DNA of 64,000 nt, the filler included. It is 3 parts of 3 records of this genome, joined end to end, with 100 filler letters (N's around TTAATTAATTAA, not from the genome) between each part and the next. Parts side by side here need not be neighbours in the genome. Positions count along the whole stretch, not along the records: positions 1 to 28,986 come from SRR20825006_1318; 2 more parts are not named here. One strand, 5' to 3'. This document shows, piece by piece, positions 1 through 10,622 of the stretch. A program made the position numbers and the translations under genes. How positions within the stretch are numbered: the first letter of the stretch is position 1; every line of letters begins with the position of its first letter. The notes beneath the pieces are model-generated. The model saw nothing but the letters and a program-made list of their open reading frames with translations, was not told where the DNA came from and ran no database searches.

Positions 1-1036
1 CATGCACACCATCGGCGCTGGCGGCGGCTCACTGGCCTATGTGGATGACGCGGGCCTGCTGCACGTGGGCCCGCAATCCGCAGGTGCCGACCCCGGCCCC
101 GCCTGTTACGGCAAAGGCGGGCGCCAAGTCACCGTCACCGATGCCAATGTGGTGCTGGGCCGGCTGCAGCCGGACTTTGCCCTCGGTGGCTCACTGGCGC
201 TGGATGTGCCCGCCGCGGAACAGGCCATGGACCGGCTCGCCCAGGCCCTGGGCCTGACTCGCCAGCAAGCCGCCGACGGGGTGCTGGCCCTGGCCAACGA
301 ACACATGACCCAAGCACTGCGGGTGATCTCCATCCAAAAAGGCTTCGACCCCGCGGACTTCGCCCTGATGAGCTTTGGTGGCGCCGGCGGCCTGCATGTC
401 TGCGCGCTGGCCGACAACCTGGGCATGACCCAGGCCATTGTGCCGCAACGGGCAGGCGTCCTGTCTGCCGAAGGGCTGGTCTACGCCCCGCGCAAACGGG
501 AAATGCTGCAAGCACTGCCCGCACAGGTGGACGAGCCCCTGTTGCACGAGCGCATTGCGCAGCTGCAACAACAGGGCCAGACGGAACTCATTGCCGAAGG
601 CGTCAGCGCAGACCGGATTCGCCACCGGGTGTTTGTGGACATGTGCTACCGGGGGCAATCCTCCGTCCTGCAGATTGACTGGGAACCCACCCTTGCCGAC
701 CGGGAAAGCCGCTTCCACACCGCCCACCAGCAGCGCTTCGGCCATCAGCTGGGGCTCCCCGTTGAGCAGGTCAACCTGCGCGTCCAGAGCCAGGCCCAGA
801 GCAACCCGCCAACCCAGCCGGACCGCCATACCCAGGTCGCGCCAGCAGAACGCCACATCCTGCTACCGGGCATGCACACAGCGGCGGCCGTGTATAACCG
901 TGAATCACTGGGCGCCGGCCAACGCATCAGCGGGCCCGCCCTGATCTACGAGGCCGTGGGCACGACCTGGCTGGCCGCAGACTGGCATGCCACCGTCGAT
1001 CCCCAGGGCCACCTGTTGTTACAGCGCAACGCATAA
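1..1036 (+). CDS. Hydantoinase A/5-oxoprolinase family protein, C-terminal part (5' truncated by window edge)
   Basis: Motifs HTIGAGGGS, VGPQSAGADPGPACY, TVTDAN, FGGAGGLH, DMCYRGQS; the ORF opens on an internal family motif, so the true start is upstream. Confidence 0.9.
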   Translation, partial: MHTIGAGGGSLAYVDDAGLLHVGPQSAGADPGPACYGKGGRQVTVTDANVVLGRLQPDFALGGSLALDVPAAEQAMDRLAQALGLTRQQAADGVLALANEHMTQALRVISIQKGFDPADFALMSFGGAGGLHVCALADNLGMTQAIVPQRAGVLSAEGLVYAPRKREMLQALPAQVDEPLLHERIAQLQQQGQTELIAEGVSADRIRHRVFVDMCYRGQSSVLQIDWEPTLADRESRFHTAHQQRFGHQLGLPVEQVNLRVQSQAQSNPPTQPDRHTQVAPAERHILLPGMHTAAAVYNRESLGAGQRISGPALIYEAVGTTWLAADWHATVDPQGHLLLQRNA

Positions 1037-1178
1037 CGGCCGCAGCCATCCGTCAGTCAACAGGCACCTTTGGGACCCTGATTGGCCGTAAAGTCCGAAT
1101 TTGACCCGTTTAGTGTCTTATGTCCGTCATCCCGGGTAGGGCACAATAGCGGCTCCGTCTTTTTACTGTGCGACATCT

Positions 1179-2366
1179 ATGCTGAATTATCTGAGTGAGG
1201 GCCTGCTGGCTCCGAGTCTCGGTGCCCTGGTGCTGATCACCCTGGCCATGACCCACGTGACCATTGTCAGCGTCACCGTCTACCTGCACCGCTATTCCGC
1301 GCACCGGGCGCTGGACATGCACCCGGTGCTCAAGCATTTCTTCCGTTTCTGGCTGTGGCTCACCACCGCCCAGAACACCCTGGAGTGGACCGCCATCCAC
1401 CGCAAACACCACGCCAAGTGCGAGACCGAAGAGGACCCACACAGCCCGGTGGTGAAAGGCATTCGCAAGGTACTCAGCGAAGGGGCCGAACTGTACCGTG
1501 AAGAAGCGGAAAACGAAGAGACCCTGAAAAAGTATGGCGCTGGCTGCCCCAATGACTGGGTGGAACGCAACGTGTATTCCCGTTTCCCCATGGGCGGCAT
1601 TGCCCTGATGGCGGTCATCGATCTGCTGTTGTTTGGCGCCGCAGGCATTACCGTGTGGGCCGTGCAGATGATCTGGATTCCGCTGTTCGCCGCTGGCGTC
1701 ATTAACGGCCTGGGGCACTACTGGGGCTACCGGAACTTCGAGTGCGCCGATGCGTCGCGCAACATTTCCCCCTGGGGCATCCTGATTGGCGGCGAAGAGC
1801 TGCACAACAATCACCACACCTACCCGAACTCAGCCAAGCTGTCCGTACGCCGCTTTGAATTCGATGCTGGCTGGGCCTGGATTCGTCTGTTCGAAATAGT
1901 GGGACTGGCCAAGGTGAAGAAAGTGGCCCCGAAACCAGCCCTGGAAAAAAGCGCCCGCGGGATCGATCTGGACGCACTTCGCGGCGTCATGCAACACCGT
2001 TTCCAGGTCATGCGCCATTACCGCAAGACCGTGATTACACCGGTCTTCAAACAAGAACAGGCACGCGCCTGTGACGCCACCCGCGATCTATATGGCCGCG
2101 CCAAGGCGTTGCTGCACCGGGACCTCACCCTGATCAAGCCGAGTCAGGAACTACGCCTGAAAAGCCTGACCGAGAACAACGAAACACTGGAAGCGATTTA
2201 CCAGTTCCGTCTGCGCCTGCAGGATATCTGGACACAGACCAGCCGCAGCTCATCGGAAATGGTGGACGCATTGGAGAAGTGGTGCCACGACGCCCGCGAA
2301 TCCGGCATCCATGCACTTCAGGAATTCGCCGACCGGTTACCTCATTACCGGCACGCTACTGCCTGA
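1179..2366 (+). CDS. desA: Membrane fatty-acid (acyl-CoA, delta-9 type) desaturase, DesA family, with C-terminal helical extension
   Basis: Three His boxes HRYSAH, HRKHH, HNNHH; hydrophobic segments; GEELHNNHH motif. Confidence 0.88.
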   Translation: MLNYLSEGLLAPSLGALVLITLAMTHVTIVSVTVYLHRYSAHRALDMHPVLKHFFRFWLWLTTAQNTLEWTAIHRKHHAKCETEEDPHSPVVKGIRKVLSEGAELYREEAENEETLKKYGAGCPNDWVERNVYSRFPMGGIALMAVIDLLLFGAAGITVWAVQMIWIPLFAAGVINGLGHYWGYRNFECADASRNISPWGILIGGEELHNNHHTYPNSAKLSVRRFEFDAGWAWIRLFEIVGLAKVKKVAPKPALEKSARGIDLDALRGVMQHRFQVMRHYRKTVITPVFKQEQARACDATRDLYGRAKALLHRDLTLIKPSQELRLKSLTENNETLEAIYQFRLRLQDIWTQTSRSSSEMVDALEKWCHDARESGIHALQEFADRLPHYRHATA

Positions 2367-2369
2367 AAC

Positions 2370-2399
2370 AAAAACGGCCGCTAATGCGGCCGTTTTTTT
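2370..2399. terminator. Bidirectional intrinsic terminator between convergent desA and tadG
   Basis: AAAAACGGCCGC-TAAT-GCGGCCGTTTTT perfect hairpin with A-run before and T-run after. Confidence 0.85.
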
Positions 2400-2502
2400 A
2401 ACTCTCAAAAGCTAGCTTGTTATGACGCCAAGGCAACGCCTCCTTAGCTCCTTGCATCCATGCTGATCATAAAAAATATAATCCCCAAGCACTCAGACGA
2501 GC

Positions 2503-4167
2503 CTAAATTCCACGTTCAATCAAAGTATAACTTTGTCCGACTGACTCAAGCGTTAACTCAGCCGGGGCCAGGGAAATACCAAGAGCCCCGAGCAAGGGGG
2601 CAAGCAGGGAATCAACCAATTGCCCCAGAATATCTATCACTGGACCTAACCCCCCCCCCAATAATCCGTTTAATAGTCCACCGAGACAAATAGGTATACC
2701 CAAAAGATTTACACACACCTCAGCACTATTTATCAGGCCAGTGAGCAAACTGCTCAATGAAGTATTCGTACCAGAAAACTGCCTGGATTGTTTAGGCGTC
2801 ATGTCATTATAAATGCCCATATCAATATTATTGAAACTGGTATCGATAGCTCCCGCCAATACACTTTGTGTATCCAAATCGACATTTGCTCCAGCGAGCC
2901 CCAAAACACTCACATCGATATCGGCAGAGAGCGCAATTAAATCACTGCGCCCATCGAGATCAATGTAAGGGATCACGTTATTATCGCCTGAAACGCAATC
3001 AGCAGCCCTGAGCTCAACACTTGCTTTAGCTGTCTCCAAGCTTAGCGCAATATATATAAGTCCTAGCGTTGTCAGCTCTATATCAGCGGTAATCGCTGAA
3101 CTTGTTGCTCTTGGCCAATTACCATCAGCGTCTGTTCTTGCCGCAGCAATAAAAAAGCCAGGAGATGGCGTGATGCTTAAATCAACATTGATATCGGCCA
3201 ACAGAGACAACAGCCCTCCCAGGCCGGCGACCCCGCCCAAGTCACTCAAATTCAAATTAATACTTTTAGGAAGCGCACCATCAATATTAAGAATCACTGA
3301 CTGAACAAGCGCCAGCGTAGACACCTTAGAACCGGGAGGCACCTCTGCGTCATTCACCCCTTGTATAACATCATCCACAGAAACATTGTTACCTACCGCA
3401 GCATTAACCAGCTGTTGCACTACTGAAGCGGCGGGGCCAGTCACTCCTTCACTGGCATCCAGCACGTCCATCAGTAATGTATCAACCGGAACGGCATTGA
3501 CAGCTGACGCCAGGCCCGCAGCATCAACCAGGTCTCCAACATCGGTCAGCGCATTACTAAGCTGGGTTAAACCAACACCATCCAGTGTCAATTTCTGCCC
3601 CAGGATATCACCAAAAACCAAACCAAGAAGTGCAGACTCACTCGTATCTAACGATGCGACTTCACTTGAAATGGTTGCACCGACCACTAACTCTTTGCGC
3701 ACAGAGGCTTCGGCAGAAAGCGGCTTATCAAATGCGAAAGACAACAACCCGCTGACGGGCTTTTGTAGCCTCACCGCCACACCGTTACTCTCTAACGGAG
3801 AATCCACCTCGGTAACGACATAAGTGTTATTGCCTTCTCCATCAGGCACCTCAATCAGCACCAGTGAAGCGTACCCAATTGTTGTGTTTGTTGGCGCCTC
3901 CCCAACCCCTATCATTTGGCTTAATTCTGCCTGGGCACTCCCGCCTACATCAATCCCACCCGCAACACCACTACAGGTCTGCCCCTCTTCTGCAATACGC
4001 GTAGCTAATGAATTTGCCGCACTCTGAAGCTTTTTTTGCTCGAAATACAAGCGCCCAGAATCCACGACCAAGGCTGCCATCATAAATATGAAGAACAATG
4101 ACACCAGCCAAATTAGAACCGTACCCTGTTGTTTTTTCTGTCCGGCTAAAGTCATCATTTGAACCAT
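2503..4167 (-). CDS. tadG: TadG-like pilus tip/pseudopilin protein (start may be 4158)
   Basis: N-terminal QQG-hydrophobic helix-VVDSGRLY...LQSAA..LA Tad motif; last gene of the tad operon; Gly/Leu-rich C-terminus. Confidence 0.8.
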   Translation of the reverse strand: MVQMMTLAGQKKQQGTVLIWLVSLFFIFMMAALVVDSGRLYFEQKKLQSAANSLATRIAEEGQTCSGVAGGIDVGGSAQAELSQMIGVGEAPTNTTIGYASLVLIEVPDGEGNNTYVVTEVDSPLESNGVAVRLQKPVSGLLSFAFDKPLSAEASVRKELVVGATISSEVASLDTSESALLGLVFGDILGQKLTLDGVGLTQLSNALTDVGDLVDAAGLASAVNAVPVDTLLMDVLDASEGVTGPAASVVQQLVNAAVGNNVSVDDVIQGVNDAEVPPGSKVSTLALVQSVILNIDGALPKSINLNLSDLGGVAGLGGLLSLLADINVDLSITPSPGFFIAAARTDADGNWPRATSSAITADIELTTLGLIYIALSLETAKASVELRAADCVSGDNNVIPYIDLDGRSDLIALSADIDVSVLGLAGANVDLDTQSVLAGAIDTSFNNIDMGIYNDMTPKQSRQFSGTNTSLSSLLTGLINSAEVCVNLLGIPICLGGLLNGLLGGGLGPVIDILGQLVDSLLAPLLGALGISLAPAELTLESVGQSYTLIERGI

Positions 4168-4187
4168 CCCAAAGCACTTAGACTCTG

Positions 4188-4478
4188 CTAATCACTTTGC
4201 TTTAAAGAATCAGCCTTTTCCTGCAAGCTTTCAGGAATACTAAGCTTAAAGGTATCACTAATACGACGCTGGCTATCCACATACAATTGTGCGGGAAGCT
4301 CACTCTCCGATGGAGGGCTAGCATTGCGTTGCTGCTCTAACATTTTTTCTGTGACGGTTTCAGACCTCATGCTATAAGCAGGACCGGACAGGCCAAATTC
4401 ATAGCCCGCTGAGTCAGCAAAAAGCACACCGCATGAAAAAAAGGCCACAATAAAAACAATTACTTTTTTCATTTTCAT
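4188..4478 (-). CDS. Small exported Tad-locus protein (DUF3613-like)
   Basis: Signal peptide; T..MLEQQR...Y..SQRR..DTF...IPE pattern; position between tadD and tadG as in Pseudomonas tad loci. Confidence 0.65.
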   Translation of the reverse strand: MKMKKVIVFIVAFFSCGVLFADSAGYEFGLSGPAYSMRSETVTEKMLEQQRNASPPSESELPAQLYVDSQRRISDTFKLSIPESLQEKADSLKQSD

Positions 4479-5158
4479 CTCCTTATCTGTGAAGCCATCC
4501 TTTCAGCGTGGGCAAGCTCATCACCTGTATACGCATATTCACTTTCAAGCATTGACAGCCCTTTGTCATTTCCAGCCAAGAAATAGGCAATCGCCAAATT
4601 TTGGCGTGACTTCCCTTTGCCATTCTCCAGCTCCAGGGCGGTTCTCAAATGCAATTGCGCTTTTTCGTCATAACCGGCCAACATTAATGCATAGCCATAA
4701 TCATTCCTGACTGAGGCAGAGGCTGGCATAAGATTTAAAGCTTGCTCAAAATACGACAGCGACAAACTGAGGTCACCACTCTTCAAGGCCACCATGCCAA
4801 GCCCATGATAGGCCTCGCCGTTACCACATCGCTCTTTAAGCTCTTCAAAAACCAAACTGGCTCGATCTAAGTCGCCAATTTTGGCAAGCAGCTGCCCATA
4901 ACGATGCCAATACTCCTGCCCCTCCTGCTGATCACCTTGCAGCTGAGCGAGCGCTGCATAATTACGCCCCCTCGACATAAGGGTATCAACCATTTCCAGC
5001 TTCACCCGACTCTCAGGGTCAACGTTTGCCGAGCAGCGTATTTCAGGGTTGAACTGTGAAAGCTCTGATGACGAGATCGTCGTCGAGTGGCTAGCACAGG
5101 CTCCGAGAAACAATAGCGAACTGGTCACTGTACTGATTTTCATCCATTTCTTTTTCAT
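4475..5158 (-). CDS. tadD: TadD-like TPR lipoprotein (pilotin)
   Basis: Lipobox LGAC; TPR helices (AYHGLGMVAL, VRNDYGYALM, RQNLAIAY); tad context. Confidence 0.82.
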   Translation of the reverse strand: MKKKWMKISTVTSSLLFLGACASHSTTISSSELSQFNPEIRCSANVDPESRVKLEMVDTLMSRGRNYAALAQLQGDQQEGQEYWHRYGQLLAKIGDLDRASLVFEELKERCGNGEAYHGLGMVALKSGDLSLSLSYFEQALNLMPASASVRNDYGYALMLAGYDEKAQLHLRTALELENGKGKSRQNLAIAYFLAGNDKGLSMLESEYAYTGDELAHAERMASQIRR

Positions 5159-5175
5159 ACTAACGCCTATCTCAA

Positions 5176-6042
5176 TTAACGAGCCAACGCTTCGACGATA
5201 TTGATTCCCGCTGGACCACCAACAATAATAAAAAGCGCTGGCATCATAAAAACCATCATTACCACCGTCATCTTGGCTCCAACCTTATTAACCTTTTCCT
5301 TGATCTGGCTTTTTTCTACATCCAATGCTTCATCGATTAACTGCTCAATACTTTCCGTAATCGCGCCACCCAGCGCGCCACTTTGCTTCAAAAGCCTGGT
5401 CAGGCCATGCAAAACCGGAATATCTTTTCCTTCGCCAATATCATCCAAGGCGGCACCTCTATCTGCACCGCTTTCCATCAAACGGTTAAACCGATCCAGA
5501 CGATAAGCCAGGCCAGGGATCAATGGTCTCGCCTGTAACGCCGCCACCCTGAACCCCCTTTCCACTGTAAGCCCAGCCTCAAGCAACATAGATAACATTT
5601 GCGCAAGATCGATTGCTTCCAGATTTTGCTGATAACAGGCTTTCTGCCCCAAACCACGAATATACCGCCTGGACCCAATAAAGCTGACTGCCCCCAAGAA
5701 CATCGCGCCAAAGAATCCAGCAACCATTGCACCCAAAACGATTAGCATCAGGGGCAAGCCCCAACAAACCAGCAAATAAATAGTTTGAATTTTTTCCGGT
5801 TCTCGCCCAGTCAAGCGTAAGGCATCAAACGCTTCTTTATAATCGCTTTGCATCAAAGGAGACGCAGTAAGCCGTGAGGCCAGCCCTCCCGCTGCATCAT
5901 TAGTCGAGCCTTCTTCCCGGCTCACACCCCGATGCTTCAGCCGACTCAGAACCAGCCTTCGCCTCTGCCAGCGCCCGGTCTGGAATACCGCCAACCAGCT
6001 GGCTACAGCGGCGCATAAAATAGCCAAAAAAAAGCTAACCAC
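5176..6042 (-). CDS. tadC: Tad inner-membrane platform protein TadC (T2SS F family)
   Basis: LEAGLTVERG motif; C-terminal KMTVVMMVFMMPALFIIVGGP; follows tadB. Confidence 0.88.
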   Translation of the reverse strand: MVSFFLAILCAAVASWLAVFQTGRWQRRRLVLSRLKHRGVSREEGSTNDAAGGLASRLTASPLMQSDYKEAFDALRLTGREPEKIQTIYLLVCWGLPLMLIVLGAMVAGFFGAMFLGAVSFIGSRRYIRGLGQKACYQQNLEAIDLAQMLSMLLEAGLTVERGFRVAALQARPLIPGLAYRLDRFNRLMESGADRGAALDDIGEGKDIPVLHGLTRLLKQSGALGGAITESIEQLIDEALDVEKSQIKEKVNKVGAKMTVVMMVFMMPALFIIVGGPAGINIVEALAR

Positions 6043-6958
6043 GGCCCACCCCTTGCACCATGCGGAAAATAATCAAGGTCCCTACGACAACCAATCCTAT
6101 GGATACCCCTAAAAGCTTATGCCCTATAGCCGTATCGAGAAGCACATGACGAAACCCTTCATTTATGGCTATCAACCCGACACCGATCCCAATAGGCAGC
6201 ACAGCAAATGCCACCGCAGTAAAACGTATCTCCGCAGTGGCTGCGATAAACTCCCTGCGCATCTCTTGCTGCGATCGCAACGCCTGGGATACTTTCTTCA
6301 ATACCGGGCGAATCGAACTACCAAACCGGCTAGATGTACGCAGAGCCACAGCCACAAACACCAACGGCGGCACGCTGTATAACCTGGCAAAGTCGTCCAT
6401 CAAGCCGGTGTAATCCCGCCCCCCTTCTACAGCACTACGTAAGCGAAAGCTTAAAGGGGCAAACACCGGGGCGGCGTTATTGAAGGAATCCACCAGTGCC
6501 AGCTCCAGGGAGCGCCCAGCATCAACCCCCCTAAGCACATCATCAATAACATCAGGCAAGCCTTCAAACACAGCTCGACGGCGTCGCTGGTAGCGAAAAT
6601 TCCAATAAGCTGCGGCTAACACAATCGCTACAACAGGCACAAAAATGGCAAGCAAAACCCCAAACAGAAACCCAACCAACAGGGTTGCCGCAATTACACT
6701 CAGCATCATTAAAAACAAGCTGGATTGTTCGAGCTCCAACCCTGCCTTTAGCTGCAATCGCTCAAAACGGCCGCCAACTAACTTAACGTCTTGCTCTTCC
6801 AGCTGCGTATCAACGATCGAACTTTTCAAGCGAGCTTCAACATGACGCTTGCTGATTTGTCGCGACCTGACTCTCAATAGCCACCATTGGCCAACCAAGA
6901 GAAACATCGACAGAATGGCAATATTCTTTGCCGCAGACAGAAAGAATTCCGCGTCCAT
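6035..6958 (-). CDS. tadB: Tad inner-membrane platform protein TadB
   Basis: LPDVIDDVLRGVDAGRSL motif; transmembrane helices; follows the ATPase. Confidence 0.88.
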   Translation of the reverse strand: MDAEFFLSAAKNIAILSMFLLVGQWWLLRVRSRQISKRHVEARLKSSIVDTQLEEQDVKLVGGRFERLQLKAGLELEQSSLFLMMLSVIAATLLVGFLFGVLLAIFVPVVAIVLAAAYWNFRYQRRRRAVFEGLPDVIDDVLRGVDAGRSLELALVDSFNNAAPVFAPLSFRLRSAVEGGRDYTGLMDDFARLYSVPPLVFVAVALRTSSRFGSSIRPVLKKVSQALRSQQEMRREFIAATAEIRFTAVAFAVLPIGIGVGLIAINEGFRHVLLDTAIGHKLLGVSIGLVVVGTLIIFRMVQGVGRG

Positions 6959-8169
6959 TATGGAGCACCCTCTTCACTGCTACGGTACAGATACTCCAAG
7001 TGATACTCCCCTTTCTCTGAGGACTTGATTGCAACCACCTCACTCACCTGTCGCCGCCCATCAGGCAATCTTTTTAACTGGATTATCATGTCCAGAGCTG
7101 AACTGATGAGACGCCCAATCGCTTGCTCACTGGCTTCATAACCACTCACAGCCAACAATGTCTCAATTCTCACCAGAGCATCACGAGTACCATTTGCGTG
7201 AATAGTGCTCATGGAGCCTTCATGCCCCGTATTCATTGCCTGGAGCAATTCAATAATTTCGTTCGAGCGCACTTCACCAAGAATAATACGGTCCGGTCTC
7301 ATCCGTAGTGAATTTATCACCAACTCCCGAGCCGTCACGCAGCCTTTCCCTTCTGCGTTTGCAGGGCGAGTTTCCAGCCTGACGACATGCGGATGATCAA
7401 GTGTTAGTTCTGCAGAGTCTTCAATGGTGAGAATGCGTTGATTGCGCGCAATATACTGGCTGATCAGATTCAGCATTGTCGTTTTGCCGGTCCCCGTACC
7501 TCCGCTTACCAGAATATTTCGACGACTTTGCACGGCATTAATCAGGACCTGTAAACACTCCTCTGTCATCGCTCCGCTGCGAATCAGGTCTTCTGCGTTA
7601 AGATGGTGGCGATTGAATTTTCGTATAGAAATTGAAGGACCATCCAAAGCCAGGGGAGGAATAATGGCATTAACCCTTGAACCATCCGGCAAGCGGGCAT
7701 CAACCATCGGGCTTGCCTCATCCAGGCGTCGCCCCAAAGGAGAGAGGATACGGCGAATCACTCGAATTACATGGGCATCATCAACGAAACGCACCTGGGC
7801 TCGCTGCAGCACACCCGAAATCTCCACAAACACATTTTCCGGACCATTGACCAGCACATCATTAATTCGGCTATCCCGGAGCATTGGCTCCAATGGTCCA
7901 AACCCGGTGACTTCATCAATGATGTCCCGAACCAACTGGTTCAAGTCCTGAGTGGACAGTGGCGTGCGGCGCTCCGCTATATGCTGATGTACAGCGCGGG
8001 TAATCGCATCGTTCACACGAGTTCGATTACTTTTAGCAACCTCCACGCCATCTTCATCCAGCTTATCCACAACACGCTGATGTGTGTGTGCCTTTAGCTG
8101 TTGGTATTCTTCATCAATTCGTCCCGCCACCATGCTCCTCGCTATGTTAGTGCTTGCAGCCTGCAGCAT
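6958..8169 (-). CDS. tadA: Flp pilus assembly ATPase CpaF/TadA
   Basis: Walker [40 protein letters not shown]. Confidence 0.95.
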   Translation of the reverse strand: MLQAASTNIARSMVAGRIDEEYQQLKAHTHQRVVDKLDEDGVEVAKSNRTRVNDAITRAVHQHIAERRTPLSTQDLNQLVRDIIDEVTGFGPLEPMLRDSRINDVLVNGPENVFVEISGVLQRAQVRFVDDAHVIRVIRRILSPLGRRLDEASPMVDARLPDGSRVNAIIPPLALDGPSISIRKFNRHHLNAEDLIRSGAMTEECLQVLINAVQSRRNILVSGGTGTGKTTMLNLISQYIARNQRILTIEDSAELTLDHPHVVRLETRPANAEGKGCVTARELVINSLRMRPDRIILGEVRSNEIIELLQAMNTGHEGSMSTIHANGTRDALVRIETLLAVSGYEASEQAIGRLISSALDMIIQLKRLPDGRRQVSEVVAIKSSEKGEYHLEYLYRSSEEGAP

Positions 8170-8230
8170 GAATACAGGGCCAGCTTTCCCTCCGCGGCCT
8201 CATTATCTGGCCTCCGACAAGGCATCTTCC

Positions 8231-9394
8231 CTATAACCACTTCCGTTTTTTACTCTGTACTTCCTGGCCAACCAATACATTCGCCAGCGCACGAATTTTT
8301 TTACTATAGGAGCTTTTCAGCGCACTCTCTTGCATAGGCAAACCCAGATTGATTGCCTCCAGGCGATGCTTCCAGTCCATCGGAAGCGCTGCAGCCACCC
8401 CCAAACCTGTACTCTCAGCAATCTCGTCTGCGCTCGGGGGCAGCGAAGGCTCATGCCCGTCCAAAACCAAATGCACATGGCTTGAGGAAGGAAGGTGCGG
8501 ACGCCAGCTGGCAAGGTGCTCACGCACAGATCGCAGTTGAACCACTTCTGGATTAGTGACGACCAATAAATCTTTGACATGCACGCCGATAGACTTAACC
8601 CAGGCAGATTGTTGCTCACTACCCACGTTCAGAAGTATCAGGTCAAACATGCCCATTAACCGAGACAGCGCAATAAATAAGTCCGCCCCCCTGTCCCCAA
8701 GAAAGCCTGCCCCATCGCCACTACCCAATAGCCGTAATCCAGGACGGAACTCCTCTAAGGCATTATCGATCAGCGTTTGATCTAGCGTATCCGGGCTTGA
8801 TAACAACTGAGACAGATCAAAACCACTATGCCCATCTAAATGAAAGATCTGCTCATTTTGGCTGGCAACATCGATTGCCAGAATCCGAGAGCCGGGCTTT
8901 ACTTCTGACAACGCCACTGAAAGGTTTTGGGCAAGGAACGCTGTATCTACACGACAATCAACACCGGCAACCAATACCAGATTACGATGCTGTGACTGCA
9001 GCTCCTCATTCCAGTGGCCAGGACGCACCATCTGGTGCCTGCGCAAGCGATCTTTTAGCTCGGTAGGATCACTACCCACGGCCACACAATCACGAGCCCC
9101 TGCGCGCATACAATGCAGCAAAGTTTCCTGGTCTACCAAGCGGCACAGCGCGATCACTGTTACCCACGGCTGAGCGTTACTTAATGCTGTGATGGCTGCC
9201 ATAGCCTGACCAGTATCACGCTCGGAAACCTCCACCAGCGCGATACCCGCCCCTGTGGCTTCCAGCAGCCGCAGAACTCTGCCCAGATCGGTACAACTGA
9301 CTTTCTCAACCCGTCCTGCTCCCTGCAAGGCATTATCCAGCCAAGCTTCAGTGCCGGAATCTTCCACCACTGCCAGCACGCTTTCCTCTGTCAT
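8231..9394 (-). CDS. tadZ: CpaE/TadZ pilus localisation protein (atypical receiver plus degenerate MinD-like domain)
   Basis: Receiver-like N-terminus with CMRAGARD; degenerate P-loop region followed by TAFLAQNLS; AINLGLP near the C-terminus. Confidence 0.8.
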   Translation of the reverse strand: MTEESVLAVVEDSGTEAWLDNALQGAGRVEKVSCTDLGRVLRLLEATGAGIALVEVSERDTGQAMAAITALSNAQPWVTVIALCRLVDQETLLHCMRAGARDCVAVGSDPTELKDRLRRHQMVRPGHWNEELQSQHRNLVLVAGVDCRVDTAFLAQNLSVALSEVKPGSRILAIDVASQNEQIFHLDGHSGFDLSQLLSSPDTLDQTLIDNALEEFRPGLRLLGSGDGAGFLGDRGADLFIALSRLMGMFDLILLNVGSEQQSAWVKSIGVHVKDLLVVTNPEVVQLRSVREHLASWRPHLPSSSHVHLVLDGHEPSLPPSADEIAESTGLGVAAALPMDWKHRLEAINLGLPMQESALKSSYSKKIRALANVLVGQEVQSKKRKWL

Positions 9395-9403
9395 GCTACC
9401 CCC

Positions 9404-10609
9404 TTACCAGCTCAGTCCGTGGCGTACAGCCTGAGAACCCCGGCGTGTCTCGGTCATCATATCCAGCCATCCCGTGCTGCTATTGTGATACCCGGAGCCG
9501 GGCAAAGGGTCCCGCGGCATATCAGCCGACTTGGGAGAAACCAGGTGTGGCGTTACAACCATAACCAGTTCTTTATCTTCCCGCTCAATACGACCAGAAC
9601 GGAAAAAAGCCCCCAATACAGGCAAATTACCCAAACCCGGTATCCGGTCGCTGTTGTTTACGGTATTCCGACTGACCAAGCCACTAATGATAAAGGTTTC
9701 ACCCGGCGCCATAGACACTGTGGTTTCGGAACGTCGCACCCTTAAACCTGGCACCGAAACACCACCCGTCGTCACTCCTGATGAAAAGTCCAATTCACTC
9801 ACTTCCGGCGCCACCTTAAGAATGACCTGACCCTCATCGATGACTGTCGGGGTAAGCGCCAAGCCAACCCCGAAGCTTTTGAACTCGATCTGCACGCCGT
9901 CATTGTTACTCTGGGTCGGAACCGGGAATTCACCACCGGAAAGGAATGATGCAGTCTGTCCGCTTAATGCCGTAAGTGATGGCTCAGCCAACGTGTAAGC
10001 AAAGCCACCACTTTCCAACGCATTAATAATCGTTGTGGAGTTCTTGCCTAATCGGAAGAGACTGAAGCTATCGCCTGATGCTTGCACAGCCCCACCCGGT
10101 GTCGAAACACCGACTGTAGTATTGCCGCCATCAAAGATATTGGAATATTGAAAACCAAAGCTATTAAGCTCACTACGACTAACCTCCAGAATACGGATAT
10201 CAGTCTGCACCTGTGTTCCAAAAGGCAACGCATTGCCTGCCGTATCGGCAATCACCACAGTGCTTCGCAAAGGCTGCTCCATACCTTTAAGCCATACGGA
10301 CAATATAGAAGAACCTTCTGCCTTGGCCGTCAGCAACAGCTCCCGCGAAGCACTCACCGCCACCGCCGTCACCGCAGGATCCGAGGTTGCGACTTTCGTC
10401 ACCCTTTCAGGAAACGTAAGCACTTGCTGATCACCCGGCGCCATTTGCAACACTTCATCCATAGGCTCAGCAGCGACCGCCAGTGACGGCAAGGCAACGA
10501 TTGAGATAAGAAATACCAATACAGACGCTAACAAGAAACCAGAGTGCAACTGCTCCTGAAAGCAATTCTTTGGACCCGGCCCCCCCTGCCTATCCAGATT
10601 GGCCGGCAT
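9404..10609 (-). CDS. rcpA: Tad secretin CpaC/RcpA (start 10609 inferred; ORF track extends into cpaB)
   Basis: LAEPSLTALSGQTASFLSGGEFPVP, APEVSELD, IPGLGNLPVLGAFF, ELVMVVTPHLV secretin motifs. Confidence 0.92.
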   Translation of the reverse strand: MPANLDRQGGPGPKNCFQEQLHSGFLLASVLVFLISIVALPSLAVAAEPMDEVLQMAPGDQQVLTFPERVTKVATSDPAVTAVAVSASRELLLTAKAEGSSILSVWLKGMEQPLRSTVVIADTAGNALPFGTQVQTDIRILEVSRSELNSFGFQYSNIFDGGNTTVGVSTPGGAVQASGDSFSLFRLGKNSTTIINALESGGFAYTLAEPSLTALSGQTASFLSGGEFPVPTQSNNDGVQIEFKSFGVGLALTPTVIDEGQVILKVAPEVSELDFSSGVTTGGVSVPGLRVRRSETTVSMAPGETFIISGLVSRNTVNNSDRIPGLGNLPVLGAFFRSGRIEREDKELVMVVTPHLVSPKSADMPRDPLPGSGYHNSSTGWLDMMTETRRGSQAVRHGLSW

Positions 10610-10622
10610 TAGTTCCGTCCGT

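Noticed and set aside
1960-2366. Transposase remnant fused to desA
   Set aside because: This helical C-terminal region is a regular part of gammaproteobacterial DesA-family proteins; no terminal repeats or catalytic DDE core were seen.
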